This document shows positions 30,832-40,244 of a stretch of DNA of 64,000 bases, one piece after another. The notes beneath the pieces are model-generated. The model did not search any database, was not told where the DNA came from, and worked only from the letters and a program-made list of their open reading frames with translations. Origin of the DNA: a virus; the IMG/VR virus record IMGVR_UViG_3300031669_000002, positions 96,001 to 160,000 of that record; one strand, written 5' to 3'. Each line of letters opens with the position of its first letter. Positions within the stretch are counted from its first letter, which is position 1. The position numbers and the translations under genes are program-made.

Positions 30832-31872
30832 ATGGCAAATATACTCAACACATTCCTTAAAGAAATAGCACAAGGTGACTCAGTCCATGACTGGCAACAC
30901 GCGTCGAAACTATTCGTTGCAAATAATTATGAATTAGCACCAAAGAGTGCGTATCTTTACTATGTTCATTTTAACTTAAATCCGGCAGTAGTCTCCACGT
31001 CTCCATCAGTAACTGGGCCAAATGGTTCGTATGGAATGGATTTAGCTCAAAACAGAGCAGAGCTTGGTATGCTTGTTAAGCAAGTTGCATTGCCGAAATA
31101 TAAAATCGAAACTAAAACACTGAATGCATATAACAGACCACATGTTGTCCAAACAAAAATAAACTATGAGCCAATCAATATCACTTTCCATGATGATAGT
31201 GCAAACAAGGTTCGTAATTTTTGGTATGACTACTACTCATATTACTATAGAAATAGCGATAAAACAAATATTGACTGGGAAACGGCTGCCCACTCAGAAA
31301 TAAATAACCCAAGATTTAGAAAAGATTATGGATATACTGTTCGTAATACGAATGCTGATAATCAATATGCTCCACCATATATTACAAGTATTAGCATCTA
31401 TAGTTTATTCAATAAAAAGTTTAGCGAGTATATCATATACAATCCAATTATCTCAAGCTTTCAGCACGGCGAACACGAAGCATCGAATACAACAGGAGTA
31501 ATGTCTCATCAGATGACAGTTGAGTTTGAGTCAGTGTCGTATGCTTACGGATCTGTAACACCGGATACCGTTACAGGTTTCGGTAGCGCACATTACGATA
31601 AGTCACCTAGTCCAATTCTACCATTAGGTGGTGGAACACAGAGTATTCTTGGTCCAGGCGGTATAGTAAGCGATGCAGCAAGCATCGTTGAAGATGTAGG
31701 AACAGGAAACTTTGGAGCGGCAGCCCTTTCGTTAGCTAGAGATAAAACAAATCTAGCAGGTGCAAGTTTAAGCACAATGCTTCATCAAGATTCTCTTACC
31801 TCATTAAAGAATACTTTGGCAGGCAATAATCCATTTAGCTCAATTAGTATCCCTGGCCTAGGAGGATTTTAA
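30832..31872 (+). CDS. Tube-fold baseplate/tail-tube initiator (gp54/gp48-like)
   Basis: LVKQVALP, KINYEPINITFHDD and MTVEFESV are tube-like motifs; late promoter at 30819. Confidence 0.65.
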   Translation: MANILNTFLKEIAQGDSVHDWQHASKLFVANNYELAPKSAYLYYVHFNLNPAVVSTSPSVTGPNGSYGMDLAQNRAELGMLVKQVALPKYKIETKTLNAYNRPHVVQTKINYEPINITFHDDSANKVRNFWYDYYSYYYRNSDKTNIDWETAAHSEINNPRFRKDYGYTVRNTNADNQYAPPYITSISIYSLFNKKFSEYIIYNPIISSFQHGEHEASNTTGVMSHQMTVEFESVSYAYGSVTPDTVTGFGSAHYDKSPSPILPLGGGTQSILGPGGIVSDAASIVEDVGTGNFGAAALSLARDKTNLAGASLSTMLHQDSLTSLKNTLAGNNPFSSISIPGLGGF

Positions 31873-31874
31873 TA

Positions 31875-32246
31875 ATGGCAATTTTAACTAACAATCTAGT
31901 TAACAATACAGCATCACAGGACCTGACCACAACTTGGTTCAATAATTATTATGTTTCTCCGTTTTCGGTATCTCAGGGCCAAAACGATTCGTTTATAAGC
32001 TTCTTTGAAAAAGTGACAGGTAATAAAGAAACTGCGGCAGCATTAGCTGGGTGCGTTCTTTATACTGCTAAGGCACAGGGAGTTGATCCAATGTCAGTTT
32101 TGCAGCAATTTAGTTCATTGCCGCCTGGACAACTTAATGCATATCTAGTCCTATATCTGAACACCAATAGAATAGCCACAAGCTTTCTTGGTATCTCAAA
32201 TCAACCTAAGATCAACAAATATACTCAAAGGTGTATCTTACCATAA
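31875..32246 (+). CDS. Hypothetical structural-operon protein
   Basis: Tightly packed between the tube-initiator and gp4-like genes. Confidence 0.65.
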   Translation: MAILTNNLVNNTASQDLTTTWFNNYYVSPFSVSQGQNDSFISFFEKVTGNKETAAALAGCVLYTAKAQGVDPMSVLQQFSSLPPGQLNAYLVLYLNTNRIATSFLGISNQPKINKYTQRCILP

Positions 32247-32671
32247 TGGCTAAGTATGCTCGAGCACAATTTATCCCTAAACATCCAGAAAAATATATAG
32301 GTAAAGGAATACCGCAGTATAGAAGTTCTTGGGAATTTGCATTCTTTACCTTCTGCGATAATCATCCAAGCGTTCTTCAGTGGGCAAGTGAGGCAATCCG
32401 CATACCATATAGGAATCCCCTAACTGGAAGGAAAACTACTTATGTGCCAGATGTATTCATTATCTATCAAGATGCAAACGGAGAAAATCACGCTGAGCTA
32501 ATAGAAATAAAGCCATCCTCGCAGGCCAATATAGCTGAAGCAAAATCTCGCTACGAAAAAGCATCAGTTGCACTCAATTATGCTAAGTTTCACGCCGCAC
32601 AAGCTTACTGCAAAAGCAAAGGAATAACCTTCAGGGTCGTTACAGAAAAAAATTTGTTTGCCGGTAAGTAA
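32246..32671 (+). CDS. T4 gp4-like head completion nuclease (TnsA-like fold)
   Basis: YRSSWE..F..FCD.HPSV.QWASE..IPY, YVPD and IEIKP. Confidence 0.85.
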   Translation: MAKYARAQFIPKHPEKYIGKGIPQYRSSWEFAFFTFCDNHPSVLQWASEAIRIPYRNPLTGRKTTYVPDVFIIYQDANGENHAELIEIKPSSQANIAEAKSRYEKASVALNYAKFHAAQAYCKSKGITFRVVTEKNLFAGK

Positions 32672-32707
32672 AAATGGTAAATATCATTATACTTTAAAGG
32701 TAATCAA

Positions 32708-33220
32708 ATGACAAGAAAATTAGAATCTCTCTTCGGCTTACCGCCTGCGCCAGTAATGGGAACACCGACCGAAGCAGAGAATTTAGCTGAAGCCAAGGAA
32801 CATGTTGCAGACAATCAGTCTATATTAGCAGCAGCCGACGATGCAATGGATAAGATAGATGCAGCTCTACCGACAGTGTCCGATCTCGACACAAGCGATA
32901 GAGATTTAGATGATCTGTCAGATTTGGCTAAAGAAACCTTTACATCACTGATTGATCTAAGCATGAATGTAGAACCTCGATTTAGCGGACCAATTCTACA
33001 GTCAGCCTCTACCTTGCTAGGACACGCAATCACGGCCAAAGTAGCTAAGATGGACAAAAAACTAAAAATGATTGACCTACAGCTTAAAAAAGCTAAACTT
33101 GACCAGACTAAAGACAATACCCCGTCATCAGAAAAAGCAGTAGACGGTGAGGGAATTGTCATCGACCGCAATGATTTGTTGAAGCATATACTTGAAAATT
33201 CGCGCAAAAACGATAAATAA
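32708..33220 (+). CDS. Probable terminase small subunit
   Basis: Helical/coiled-coil 170 aa ending IDRNDLLK, located between gp4-like and TerL; inferred from context. Confidence 0.5.
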   Translation: MTRKLESLFGLPPAPVMGTPTEAENLAEAKEHVADNQSILAAADDAMDKIDAALPTVSDLDTSDRDLDDLSDLAKETFTSLIDLSMNVEPRFSGPILQSASTLLGHAITAKVAKMDKKLKMIDLQLKKAKLDQTKDNTPSSEKAVDGEGIVIDRNDLLKHILENSRKNDK

Positions 33221-33242
33221 ATTTAGAACCTAAGGAATACTC

Positions 33243-33836
33243 ATGAAAACTTTAATGGAATACATGTCGGAAGACAAAGAAACATACGATTTTAAAATTA
33301 AGATTGCCGCAACTGAAATTACCAATGAAGTGTTAGATAAAATCGAACATGCATTGTCAACATTTGAGATTGCGAGCATGAGTAAGCCAAAGAATTTACC
33401 TATTGTCGAGAAGAATTTAGATTTCCCGTCATTTGGTAGCTGTGAGGTGTCATTGATTTTAGTTTCGTTAAACTATCCATGCACAGACGCACAGATTCGT
33501 CAAGCATTAAATCATCAGGCAAGAATACCAGCCGCAAACATTGTTGTTATACCAAAAAACCAGCCAGAAGAACTTCTTCGCGATAAAGCAGAAGAAGACG
33601 AAAATTCCAATAAAAAATACGAGCCTATTCTTTTAAAGAAAGAGCTTGAAGATGTATCTGGTGGTCAAGAATTGGTAGGAACACAACGAGTTGAATCAAT
33701 GCTCAAAGAGTTAGAAACTCGCCGTATGGAGTTTGCAGCAAAGGGAACTGATGAAAAAGCAAAAACAACAAATAGCTTACCAATGGACAATACTAGCCCA
33801 GTAGCTACAAAAGCTCACAAAGTAAAAGGACGATAA
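33243..33836 (+). CDS. Hypothetical virion protein
   Basis: Late promoter at 33212; Glu-terminated N-terminal segment. Confidence 0.6.
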   Translation: MKTLMEYMSEDKETYDFKIKIAATEITNEVLDKIEHALSTFEIASMSKPKNLPIVEKNLDFPSFGSCEVSLILVSLNYPCTDAQIRQALNHQARIPAANIVVIPKNQPEELLRDKAEEDENSNKKYEPILLKKELEDVSGGQELVGTQRVESMLKELETRRMEFAAKGTDEKAKTTNSLPMDNTSPVATKAHKVKGR

Positions 33837-33837
33837 A

Positions 33838-36800
33838 ATGAAAGATATTCTTGCTAAACTTGCCGACATTGAAAATAAAAAACCACTTAATGAAGCAAAA
33901 GAATTAAGCGAACTAAAAGCTGGCGACGAGTATGGCGATGATGCCACTGCAATTGGCAACGGCGAGATGAATGCAGCTATTTCTGAAGATGATGAAATCT
34001 GTTCTAATTGCAATGGTTCAGGTGAAGGGCAGTATGATGGCACTACTTGCTCATCGTGTGGTGGTTCAGGCACAAACCGATCAAACTCAGAGGAGCACGA
34101 CGAAGATGAGCGTGAGTGGCAAAGAAAGTCAAAAGAAGATAGAGAATTAGATGAAGGTGCAAAATATAAACCAGAAACTCCGTATGGCGTTCAGTATAAA
34201 GTGTTTGCGGGAAAAGAACAGCGCCTAACAACAAAAGAAGCATGGTTCAAATCTGCAGAAGCAATGAAACGCGGTATTGCAAAGATTGAAAATCTCGATG
34301 GATTTTACGAAATCGTAGGACATCATTATCCAGAAGATATGATGAAGGAAGCAGCAGAAGAAGTAACAGAGTTTAATGATTTTGATGCACCAGACGATAG
34401 ACAAAGTGCAGACAACGGAGCATTCAGCTCTACTGGCGCGCCTTGCCCTGAATCAGCAGTAGATGAACACATCGTTAAGACTGGTTCACAGTATGAACTA
34501 AAATCGCACAAAGGTAAAAACTTAGGCAAGTTTAAGTCACACAAAGCCGCCGCAAAACACGAGGGCGAAGTGGAGTGGTTCAAGTCTCATCCACACGAAA
34601 GTATCGACGAAGCAACAATCTCAGCGATAGAAACTGCTAGAAAGAAACTAGAGCATGTTAAAGAAGTTATTCGTGGTTTTGAAGAACGCGGAATGATTGC
34701 CCCTAGAAATTGGGAAGATAAACTCAAAGCAGCAGCAAAAGAATATAAATCAGCAAAGAAAAACACAATGACAAACGAAGCAGAAGATGAGCCGCAAGCA
34801 TGGAAAGTGCTTAAAGGAACAGACGATAAGATTTATCAAATTTATGTAATGCATAATTACTATAACGGTAAGTATTACGATTACGGTGGAAGGGCATATC
34901 CAATTTTAGCTTCTTCTCCTGAAGAGGCATTAGAAATTGCTCGCAAATATAAAGGCGAGATTGAAGCTGACCTTAGAAGCAAATTCTTTAAGGTTGGTAG
35001 CAGACGAGTAAGAATGATTTCTAAAAACGATAATCATCACTTGAAAGACGAATCGTTCCACTCACCAAAATATCCAAATATGTGGACAAGTGGCGGTAAC
35101 AGACATGTTATCAACAAAGATGGTGAGTTTGTAAGTTTTCCGTCGAAGGATGAAGAATCGTCGACTATAACCGAGTTAAGTAAAAATACACTTGGATCTT
35201 ATGTTAAGAAGGCATCTAACAGTAGAGCTAGTTACGGTCATGACTGGGACAACGGTAGATTAGCAGAGCCAGGAAGTGGAAGAACAAGATCAGATGTAGT
35301 AAGAAAAAATAAAAATAGAAAAGCAGGCATCAATACAGCAGTTGATAAGCTGACAAGAGAATCAAAGGAAAATATAATGAAATCACGCAAAATAGTAAAA
35401 GAGAGTTTAACTTTCTTAGAGCATATCACTGATCCCGCACTTGAAAAGGTATTGCGTCATTTTGGTAAGGAAGTAAAAGACTTTATACACGGTGGAGAAT
35501 TAGACGATAGTCTATATAATGCACTTTATGATTATTATTTTGATGAGATGCCATATGGAACTAAGAAAGCCCGCACAGGTGATCCGTTCGAATGGATTAC
35601 TAATCGCTTAGATAAAGATCTTAAAGGTATTTCTGTAGGTCACCCAGCAGATGCAGCAGATTATGCGGGAATGAATGAACCATCATTTGCCAAGACGCGC
35701 CCTATTGGGTTCCCTGGAGACGAAGCTGATTACGATATGGACGAAGGCGCAGCAGGAGATATTGGCGGTGACTCAGGTTCCGGTAATGATATTTCTCCAC
35801 TAAGTCAAGTTGATGAAGAAGAAATTGATCTCGACGACTTAGATGACGACGAAGATCTTGATGAAGCACTTACACCAGCACAGCAGGCAAAAATGGCTGA
35901 ACTAAGAGCAAAAAATGCAAACTCGCCAATAACAATTGGGCGTAATGCAATTCCACCAAAAGCTGCTCCATATAATCCATTTGCTGATGAAAAGAATGAT
36001 CGTAGCGGCGACCTAGCATTCAATCAACAAGATTCATTTCAAGGTTATGGTGCTCAACGAGAAGGTTTAGGGGAAGAAGAATTAGATGAAACATTCTTAG
36101 TTGAAGATAACGAGGGATTGATTGCAGAAATATTAGAAGAGCATGGTTTAGACCATGGATTAGATTTCTTCTTTGATAATGGACTAGTTGCAATCGGTAA
36201 ATCAACTGCTCGTGTTATTATCAATGCATTAAAGGCAGATCCTCGCATTACTGCAACCCCATCATTTGGAAGAATTGATGGCGAAGAAGTGCAGATTGCA
36301 TTTAACAAAGAGGCAGGACCATCAATCTCAAATGCAGAAATTAAAGACTTAGCTACAGAACCAGAACAAGATGCCTTAGGTGAGGGATTAGATCACAGTG
36401 AAGTGGCACAATTACTTGCAAAGGCAGCAAGAGTTATGTCCAGCGCAAAAACATTGGATCAACTTAGAGTTGCTGAAAAATATGCAAAGTTAGCATATAA
36501 AAAGATTAAAGGAAATGAAGGACTTGCGGGGTCAAACTTCGAAAGAAACTGGGCTATTTACTCCGCAATAGAACACGATTTGATTTCTAAAGAAGAAGAA
36601 CTTAGGGGTGCGGGCGCAGTAACCGAAGAAGGTGATGATGCACTAAACGATATGCGTAGGTTAAGCGGCTTGCCCGGAAAAGAAGAAACTACTGATGGCG
36701 AAGTTGATGAAGCAGAAGGCGAGTATGTAAATGCTCCTGATCCAACTGTTCATACAAGCACAACAGATATGATCAACCGCGGAAATGACCTAAACCGTCC

Positions 36801-36906
36801 TAAGCGCCAAGACTTTACGATTCGTAACTTGGGAAACAACCCAATGGCCGAAACAAGAAATTTGTTCAAACAATATGAAGCAATAAAGGACACAGTTAAG
36901 AAATAA
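33838..36906 (+). CDS. Large acidic mosaic protein, putative prohead core/internal head protein
   Basis: 1022 aa with many xx[LIV]xE segments, a DnaJ-type CxxCxGxG pair and acidic tracts. Confidence 0.55.
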   Translation: MKDILAKLADIENKKPLNEAKELSELKAGDEYGDDATAIGNGEMNAAISEDDEICSNCNGSGEGQYDGTTCSSCGGSGTNRSNSEEHDEDEREWQRKSKEDRELDEGAKYKPETPYGVQYKVFAGKEQRLTTKEAWFKSAEAMKRGIAKIENLDGFYEIVGHHYPEDMMKEAAEEVTEFNDFDAPDDRQSADNGAFSSTGAPCPESAVDEHIVKTGSQYELKSHKGKNLGKFKSHKAAAKHEGEVEWFKSHPHESIDEATISAIETARKKLEHVKEVIRGFEERGMIAPRNWEDKLKAAAKEYKSAKKNTMTNEAEDEPQAWKVLKGTDDKIYQIYVMHNYYNGKYYDYGGRAYPILASSPEEALEIARKYKGEIEADLRSKFFKVGSRRVRMISKNDNHHLKDESFHSPKYPNMWTSGGNRHVINKDGEFVSFPSKDEESSTITELSKNTLGSYVKKASNSRASYGHDWDNGRLAEPGSGRTRSDVVRKNKNRKAGINTAVDKLTRESKENIMKSRKIVKESLTFLEHITDPALEKVLRHFGKEVKDFIHGGELDDSLYNALYDYYFDEMPYGTKKARTGDPFEWITNRLDKDLKGISVGHPADAADYAGMNEPSFAKTRPIGFPGDEADYDMDEGAAGDIGGDSGSGNDISPLSQVDEEEIDLDDLDDDEDLDEALTPAQQAKMAELRAKNANSPITIGRNAIPPKAAPYNPFADEKNDRSGDLAFNQQDSFQGYGAQREGLGEEELDETFLVEDNEGLIAEILEEHGLDHGLDFFFDNGLVAIGKSTARVIINALKADPRITATPSFGRIDGEEVQIAFNKEAGPSISNAEIKDLATEPEQDALGEGLDHSEVAQLLAKAARVMSSAKTLDQLRVAEKYAKLAYKKIKGNEGLAGSNFERNWAIYSAIEHDLISKEEELRGAGAVTEEGDDALNDMRRLSGLPGKEETTDGEVDEAEGEYVNAPDPTVHTSTTDMINRGNDLNRPKRQDFTIRNLGNNPMAETRNLFKQYEAIKDTVKK

Positions 36907-36907
36907 T

Positions 36908-37285
36908 ATGCCGAAATCACTTAGGGACTATTTGCCAGAATCATTTTTAGTAGAATTGGGCGAAGGGCCGTCCGATTCAAATAGTCCTGTATCAGGAGCC
37001 ACAGCAGACGGTCATCCTAACCCAGCGAAATCTGAATTTGGTAAAAGAGAACTAAAGGTTGGCGATCCAGTAAAAGTTACTGGTGATGTTCAATCACAGG
37101 GTCAAAAAGGTGTAGTAGATAACATCGAAGACGATGGTAATCTTATCGTAGTTGATCTAAAACATCAAGGCAAAAAAAGTTTTAAAAGAACCGATATTGA
37201 CTTTGATGAATATGAAGGTAAAGACGACGAAGAAGATAGTTATCGCCGAGCACTGAATAACTATAAAAAAATGGCAGGTTACTAA
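36908..37285 (+). CDS. Hypothetical protein with KOW/SH3-like segment
   Basis: LKVGDPVKVTGDVQSQGQKGVV. Confidence 0.6.
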   Translation: MPKSLRDYLPESFLVELGEGPSDSNSPVSGATADGHPNPAKSEFGKRELKVGDPVKVTGDVQSQGQKGVVDNIEDDGNLIVVDLKHQGKKSFKRTDIDFDEYEGKDDEEDSYRRALNNYKKMAGY

Positions 37286-37363
37286 ATGTCAGAGGATCAA
37301 TATCCAGTTTTCCCAAAAGATGATGGGTATGATTTACCTATCAATCCCTATAGCCCAACATGA
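37286..37363 (+). CDS. 25-aa microprotein MSEDQYPVFPKDDGYDLPINPYSPT
   Basis: Fills the gap exactly: TAAATG junction upstream and ATGA overlap downstream. Confidence 0.55.
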   Translation: MSEDQYPVFPKDDGYDLPINPYSPT

Positions 37364-37716
37364 GAGCAAACGAATTTATAACTGAAGGTGAAATGCACGA
37401 TTGGCATCAACGCTGCATACCTGGTATGAAGTCATTGACTGGAGTAGGTCAATACTATGAGCTATATCGCTTTGGTATTGCAATGGCACAAGCTGGTAGA
37501 GAAAACGATCCAATGCTAGGGACACCAGACGGGGTGACTGAGGATAATCCAACGACTCTTAGTTATACGCAAGCAGACGAAGATATTATCAACAGCGCAC
37601 TAAAAAGAACAGGATACGGTTCCAAGAATATTACAACTATGTCAAGCGAGGAGCCAATAGATACGCACAGAGTTAGTCCTGTAGCCAATCTTGGCCCAGT
37701 AAAAAGAAAGAGCTAA
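37360..37716 (+). CDS. Putative internal head protein (MRAxEFITEG family)
   Basis: Paralog of 22937..23320. Confidence 0.55.
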   Translation: MRANEFITEGEMHDWHQRCIPGMKSLTGVGQYYELYRFGIAMAQAGRENDPMLGTPDGVTEDNPTTLSYTQADEDIINSALKRTGYGSKNITTMSSEEPIDTHRVSPVANLGPVKRKS

Positions 37717-37717
37717 T

Positions 37718-37930
37718 ATGAAACAATATAAACTTACATCGGCAGATTTTGTATTGCCGGGAGAATCACTAGAACCAGATGCATATATGTCTGCAGAGGA
37801 CTTAGCATCAATTAAAAAACAAAATGAGTTATCTGGTTTTTTACATCAACAGATTGCAGATAGGCTTGCTAATCCTGTTGATCTTCCAGAAGCAAATACT
37901 ATAATTATTAGAGAGCAAAAATATGAGTAA
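37718..37930 (+). CDS. Small hypothetical protein
   Basis: Operon-packed; overlaps the TerL start. Confidence 0.65.
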   Translation: MKQYKLTSADFVLPGESLEPDAYMSAEDLASIKKQNELSGFLHQQIADRLANPVDLPEANTIIIREQKYE

Positions 37931-38585
37931 GATGCCGACAGAATCAGTATTGGTTAAGACACCACATAAAACTGAGTTCTATTCTCATCAGCACGTAGAA
38001 GAATTTATGAAGTGTGCAGATCCAATAACTGGACCTAACTATTTTATGACTAACTTCTTCTACATTCAGCATCCAACTAAGGGTAGATTGAAGTATGCTC
38101 CGTTTCCTTATCAGGTTCATTTGGCGCAATCATTTCACGAATATAGATTTAGTGTTAATCTTCTTTCCCGTCAATTAGGAAAAACAACTACAGCAGCAGG
38201 TTACTTGCTATGGTATGCAATGATGATTCCTGATAGCACGATCTTAATTGCAGCTCACAAATATACGGGCGCACAAGAAATTATGCAACGTATTCGTTAT
38301 GCGTATGAGTCAGTTCCCGATCATATTCGTGCTGGTGCAACAACCTACAACAAGGGAAGCATTGACTTTGATAATGGTTCAAGAATTATTTCAGCTACAA
38401 CTACAGAAAACACCGGTCGAGGATTATCAATATCATTATTATACTGCCTGGGTGGCGAAACAACTGTAAAAATTAGAGACAAAACTACATTGGTAGAAGA
38501 AGAAATATCTTTACAAGATTTGTATATCAGGCTATCTAATCCCGACAAAGTTCTAAATGACGAATTTGCATTCGTACATAAATAA
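37923..38585 (+). CDS. Large terminase fragment 1 (ATPase N-part, 174 aa) plus split intein 1 N-part (46 aa, from 38445)
   Basis: Walker A SRQLGKTT; ends SISLLY|CLGGETTVKI (intein block A) and then stops. Confidence 0.9.
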   Translation: MSKMPTESVLVKTPHKTEFYSHQHVEEFMKCADPITGPNYFMTNFFYIQHPTKGRLKYAPFPYQVHLAQSFHEYRFSVNLLSRQLGKTTTAAGYLLWYAMMIPDSTILIAAHKYTGAQEIMQRIRYAYESVPDHIRAGATTYNKGSIDFDNGSRIISATTTENTGRGLSISLLYCLGGETTVKIRDKTTLVEEEISLQDLYIRLSNPDKVLNDEFAFVHK

Positions 38586-38589
38586 GTAT

Positions 38590-39498
38590 ATGAAAACTAA
38601 ATTACAACAATTTAAAGAACGAAACAGAAAACGCAATGCCCATTTATACATTGATGGGCTAATAGAAGGGTACGATTATGTAGTTTGCCCTATTAGCAAG
38701 GAACGAATGAGTATGATTAAGAAATCATATATAACAAATGTGTTGGGTATTACAGAAGATGAATACCCAAATATACAGCGAGTTTGTCTAAAGAGGAAAG
38801 AGAATATTAAATCTGGGTTAAAACAAATTGATCTGGAAACTGGATTGACTAAACATGAGCTTAGTGTAGAAAAAGCAAAAGAAGTATTATCGGAAATTGG
38901 TAAAGATGGTATGTCGGGCTATGACCGCAAAGGTAAAAAGACTCGTGCCACGCATATGGCCAATATTGATGAACTAGGCAGGCATGGATATAGGCGGCAA
39001 GCAGATGCAAGGTTAACTACTCTTTTACCCAATGGACTTACAGTAGAAGAAAATGCACATCAGAAACAAAAAGAATCAATGCTAAAAAATCACTCTACTG
39101 GGTCTGGCGGTGCAAGTAAAATTTCTAAAAAAGTTCTAGCGCCGGTGATTACATTGCTCGAAGCGAACAATCTAAAATATTACTTTGATAAACAAGAATA
39201 TGGCATTAAGGACGCAGATACGGGCAATTATTATTTTTATGACCTAACTATTCCAGAATTACACATTGCAATTGAATATCAATCTGCCGCATGGCACTCT
39301 AACCCAGTATGGAAAGACAGTGTGTGGCAACAGTGGGCACCACCAAAAGGAAAAAGAAAAACTGCTAATGAATCGCTTGAATATGATTATAACAAAGCAC
39401 GATCGCTGTATAAACATCGTAATATAGTTACGCATTATGTATGGGAAGATACCGTTGATGCAGACGTAGAGAGGATATTATGTTTGCTGAAAATGTAA
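38590..39498 (+). CDS. Vsr-like (EDxHD-type) homing endonuclease between split-intein halves
   Basis: YFYDLTIPELHIAIEYQSAAWH; own late promoter at 38577. Confidence 0.75.
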   Translation: MKTKLQQFKERNRKRNAHLYIDGLIEGYDYVVCPISKERMSMIKKSYITNVLGITEDEYPNIQRVCLKRKENIKSGLKQIDLETGLTKHELSVEKAKEVLSEIGKDGMSGYDRKGKKTRATHMANIDELGRHGYRRQADARLTTLLPNGLTVEENAHQKQKESMLKNHSTGSGGASKISKKVLAPVITLLEANNLKYYFDKQEYGIKDADTGNYYFYDLTIPELHIAIEYQSAAWHSNPVWKDSVWQQWAPPKGKRKTANESLEYDYNKARSLYKHRNIVTHYVWEDTVDADVERILCLLKM

Positions 39499-40208
39499 AC
39501 TACGAAATCTTAACTCCCGACGGATGGCGAGATTTCCGTGGGATTACCATGACAGAGAATAAGATAACCTCGACGGTTATCTTAGACAATGGGATCTCAA
39601 TTTCTGCAACTGATAATCACTATTTCTTTTTAGATGGACAAAAAATACAACTTAAAGATATTGTTGTAGGTAATAAATTTGATACCGTTAATGGTAAGGC
39701 AACAGTTCTTTCAATTAATACCAACAAAGCAGAATGTGTATATGATATTGTTGAAGTAGATCAGCAAGAACATAAGTTTATAATTAATGATTCTATTATC
39801 ACAAAGAATTGTGATGAATTTGCATTCGTAAGAAACACAATTGCGAAAGAATTTTGGACTTCAATTTCTCCAACATTATCAACAGGTGGTAAGGCAATTA
39901 TTACATCAACTCCAAATAGTGATGAAGATCAATTTTGGGATATCTGGACAAACGCAAACAAGACGCTAGATGAATTCGGGAATGAACAAGAGTTAGGAAA
40001 AAACGGATTTAAGGCATTCAAGGCACTGTGGCCCGAGCACCCAGATAGAGATGAAAAATGGGCAGCAGACGAACGAGGTAGAATTGGAGACGAGCGTTTT
40101 CGTCGAGAACACGACTGTCTGAGCGCAAAATCAATCATAACATTGCAAGACACAACAGGCAAAATATTTGATATAAATATTGGCGATTTCTTTGATCAGC
40201 ATAAATAA
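39480..40208 (+). CDS. Split intein 1 C-part (110 aa) + terminase fragment 2 (102 aa) + split intein 2 N-part (30 aa)
   Basis: Block B SATDNH; ITKN|CDEFAF (Walker B); coupling motif ITSTP; RFRREHD|CLSAKS then stop. Confidence 0.9.
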   Translation: MFAENVNYEILTPDGWRDFRGITMTENKITSTVILDNGISISATDNHYFFLDGQKIQLKDIVVGNKFDTVNGKATVLSINTNKAECVYDIVEVDQQEHKFIINDSIITKNCDEFAFVRNTIAKEFWTSISPTLSTGGKAIITSTPNSDEDQFWDIWTNANKTLDEFGNEQELGKNGFKAFKALWPEHPDRDEKWAADERGRIGDERFRREHDCLSAKSIITLQDTTGKIFDINIGDFFDQHK

Positions 40209-40244
40209 CTTTGCATAATAACGATTTTAGAGAGAACATTAAGT

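Noticed and set aside
32246-32671. Tn7-like transposon suggested by TnsA-like folds (32246, 57520)
   Set aside because: No TnsB/TnsC or terminal repeats; 32246 is the gp4 head-completion gene and 57520 behaves as a free-standing HEG.
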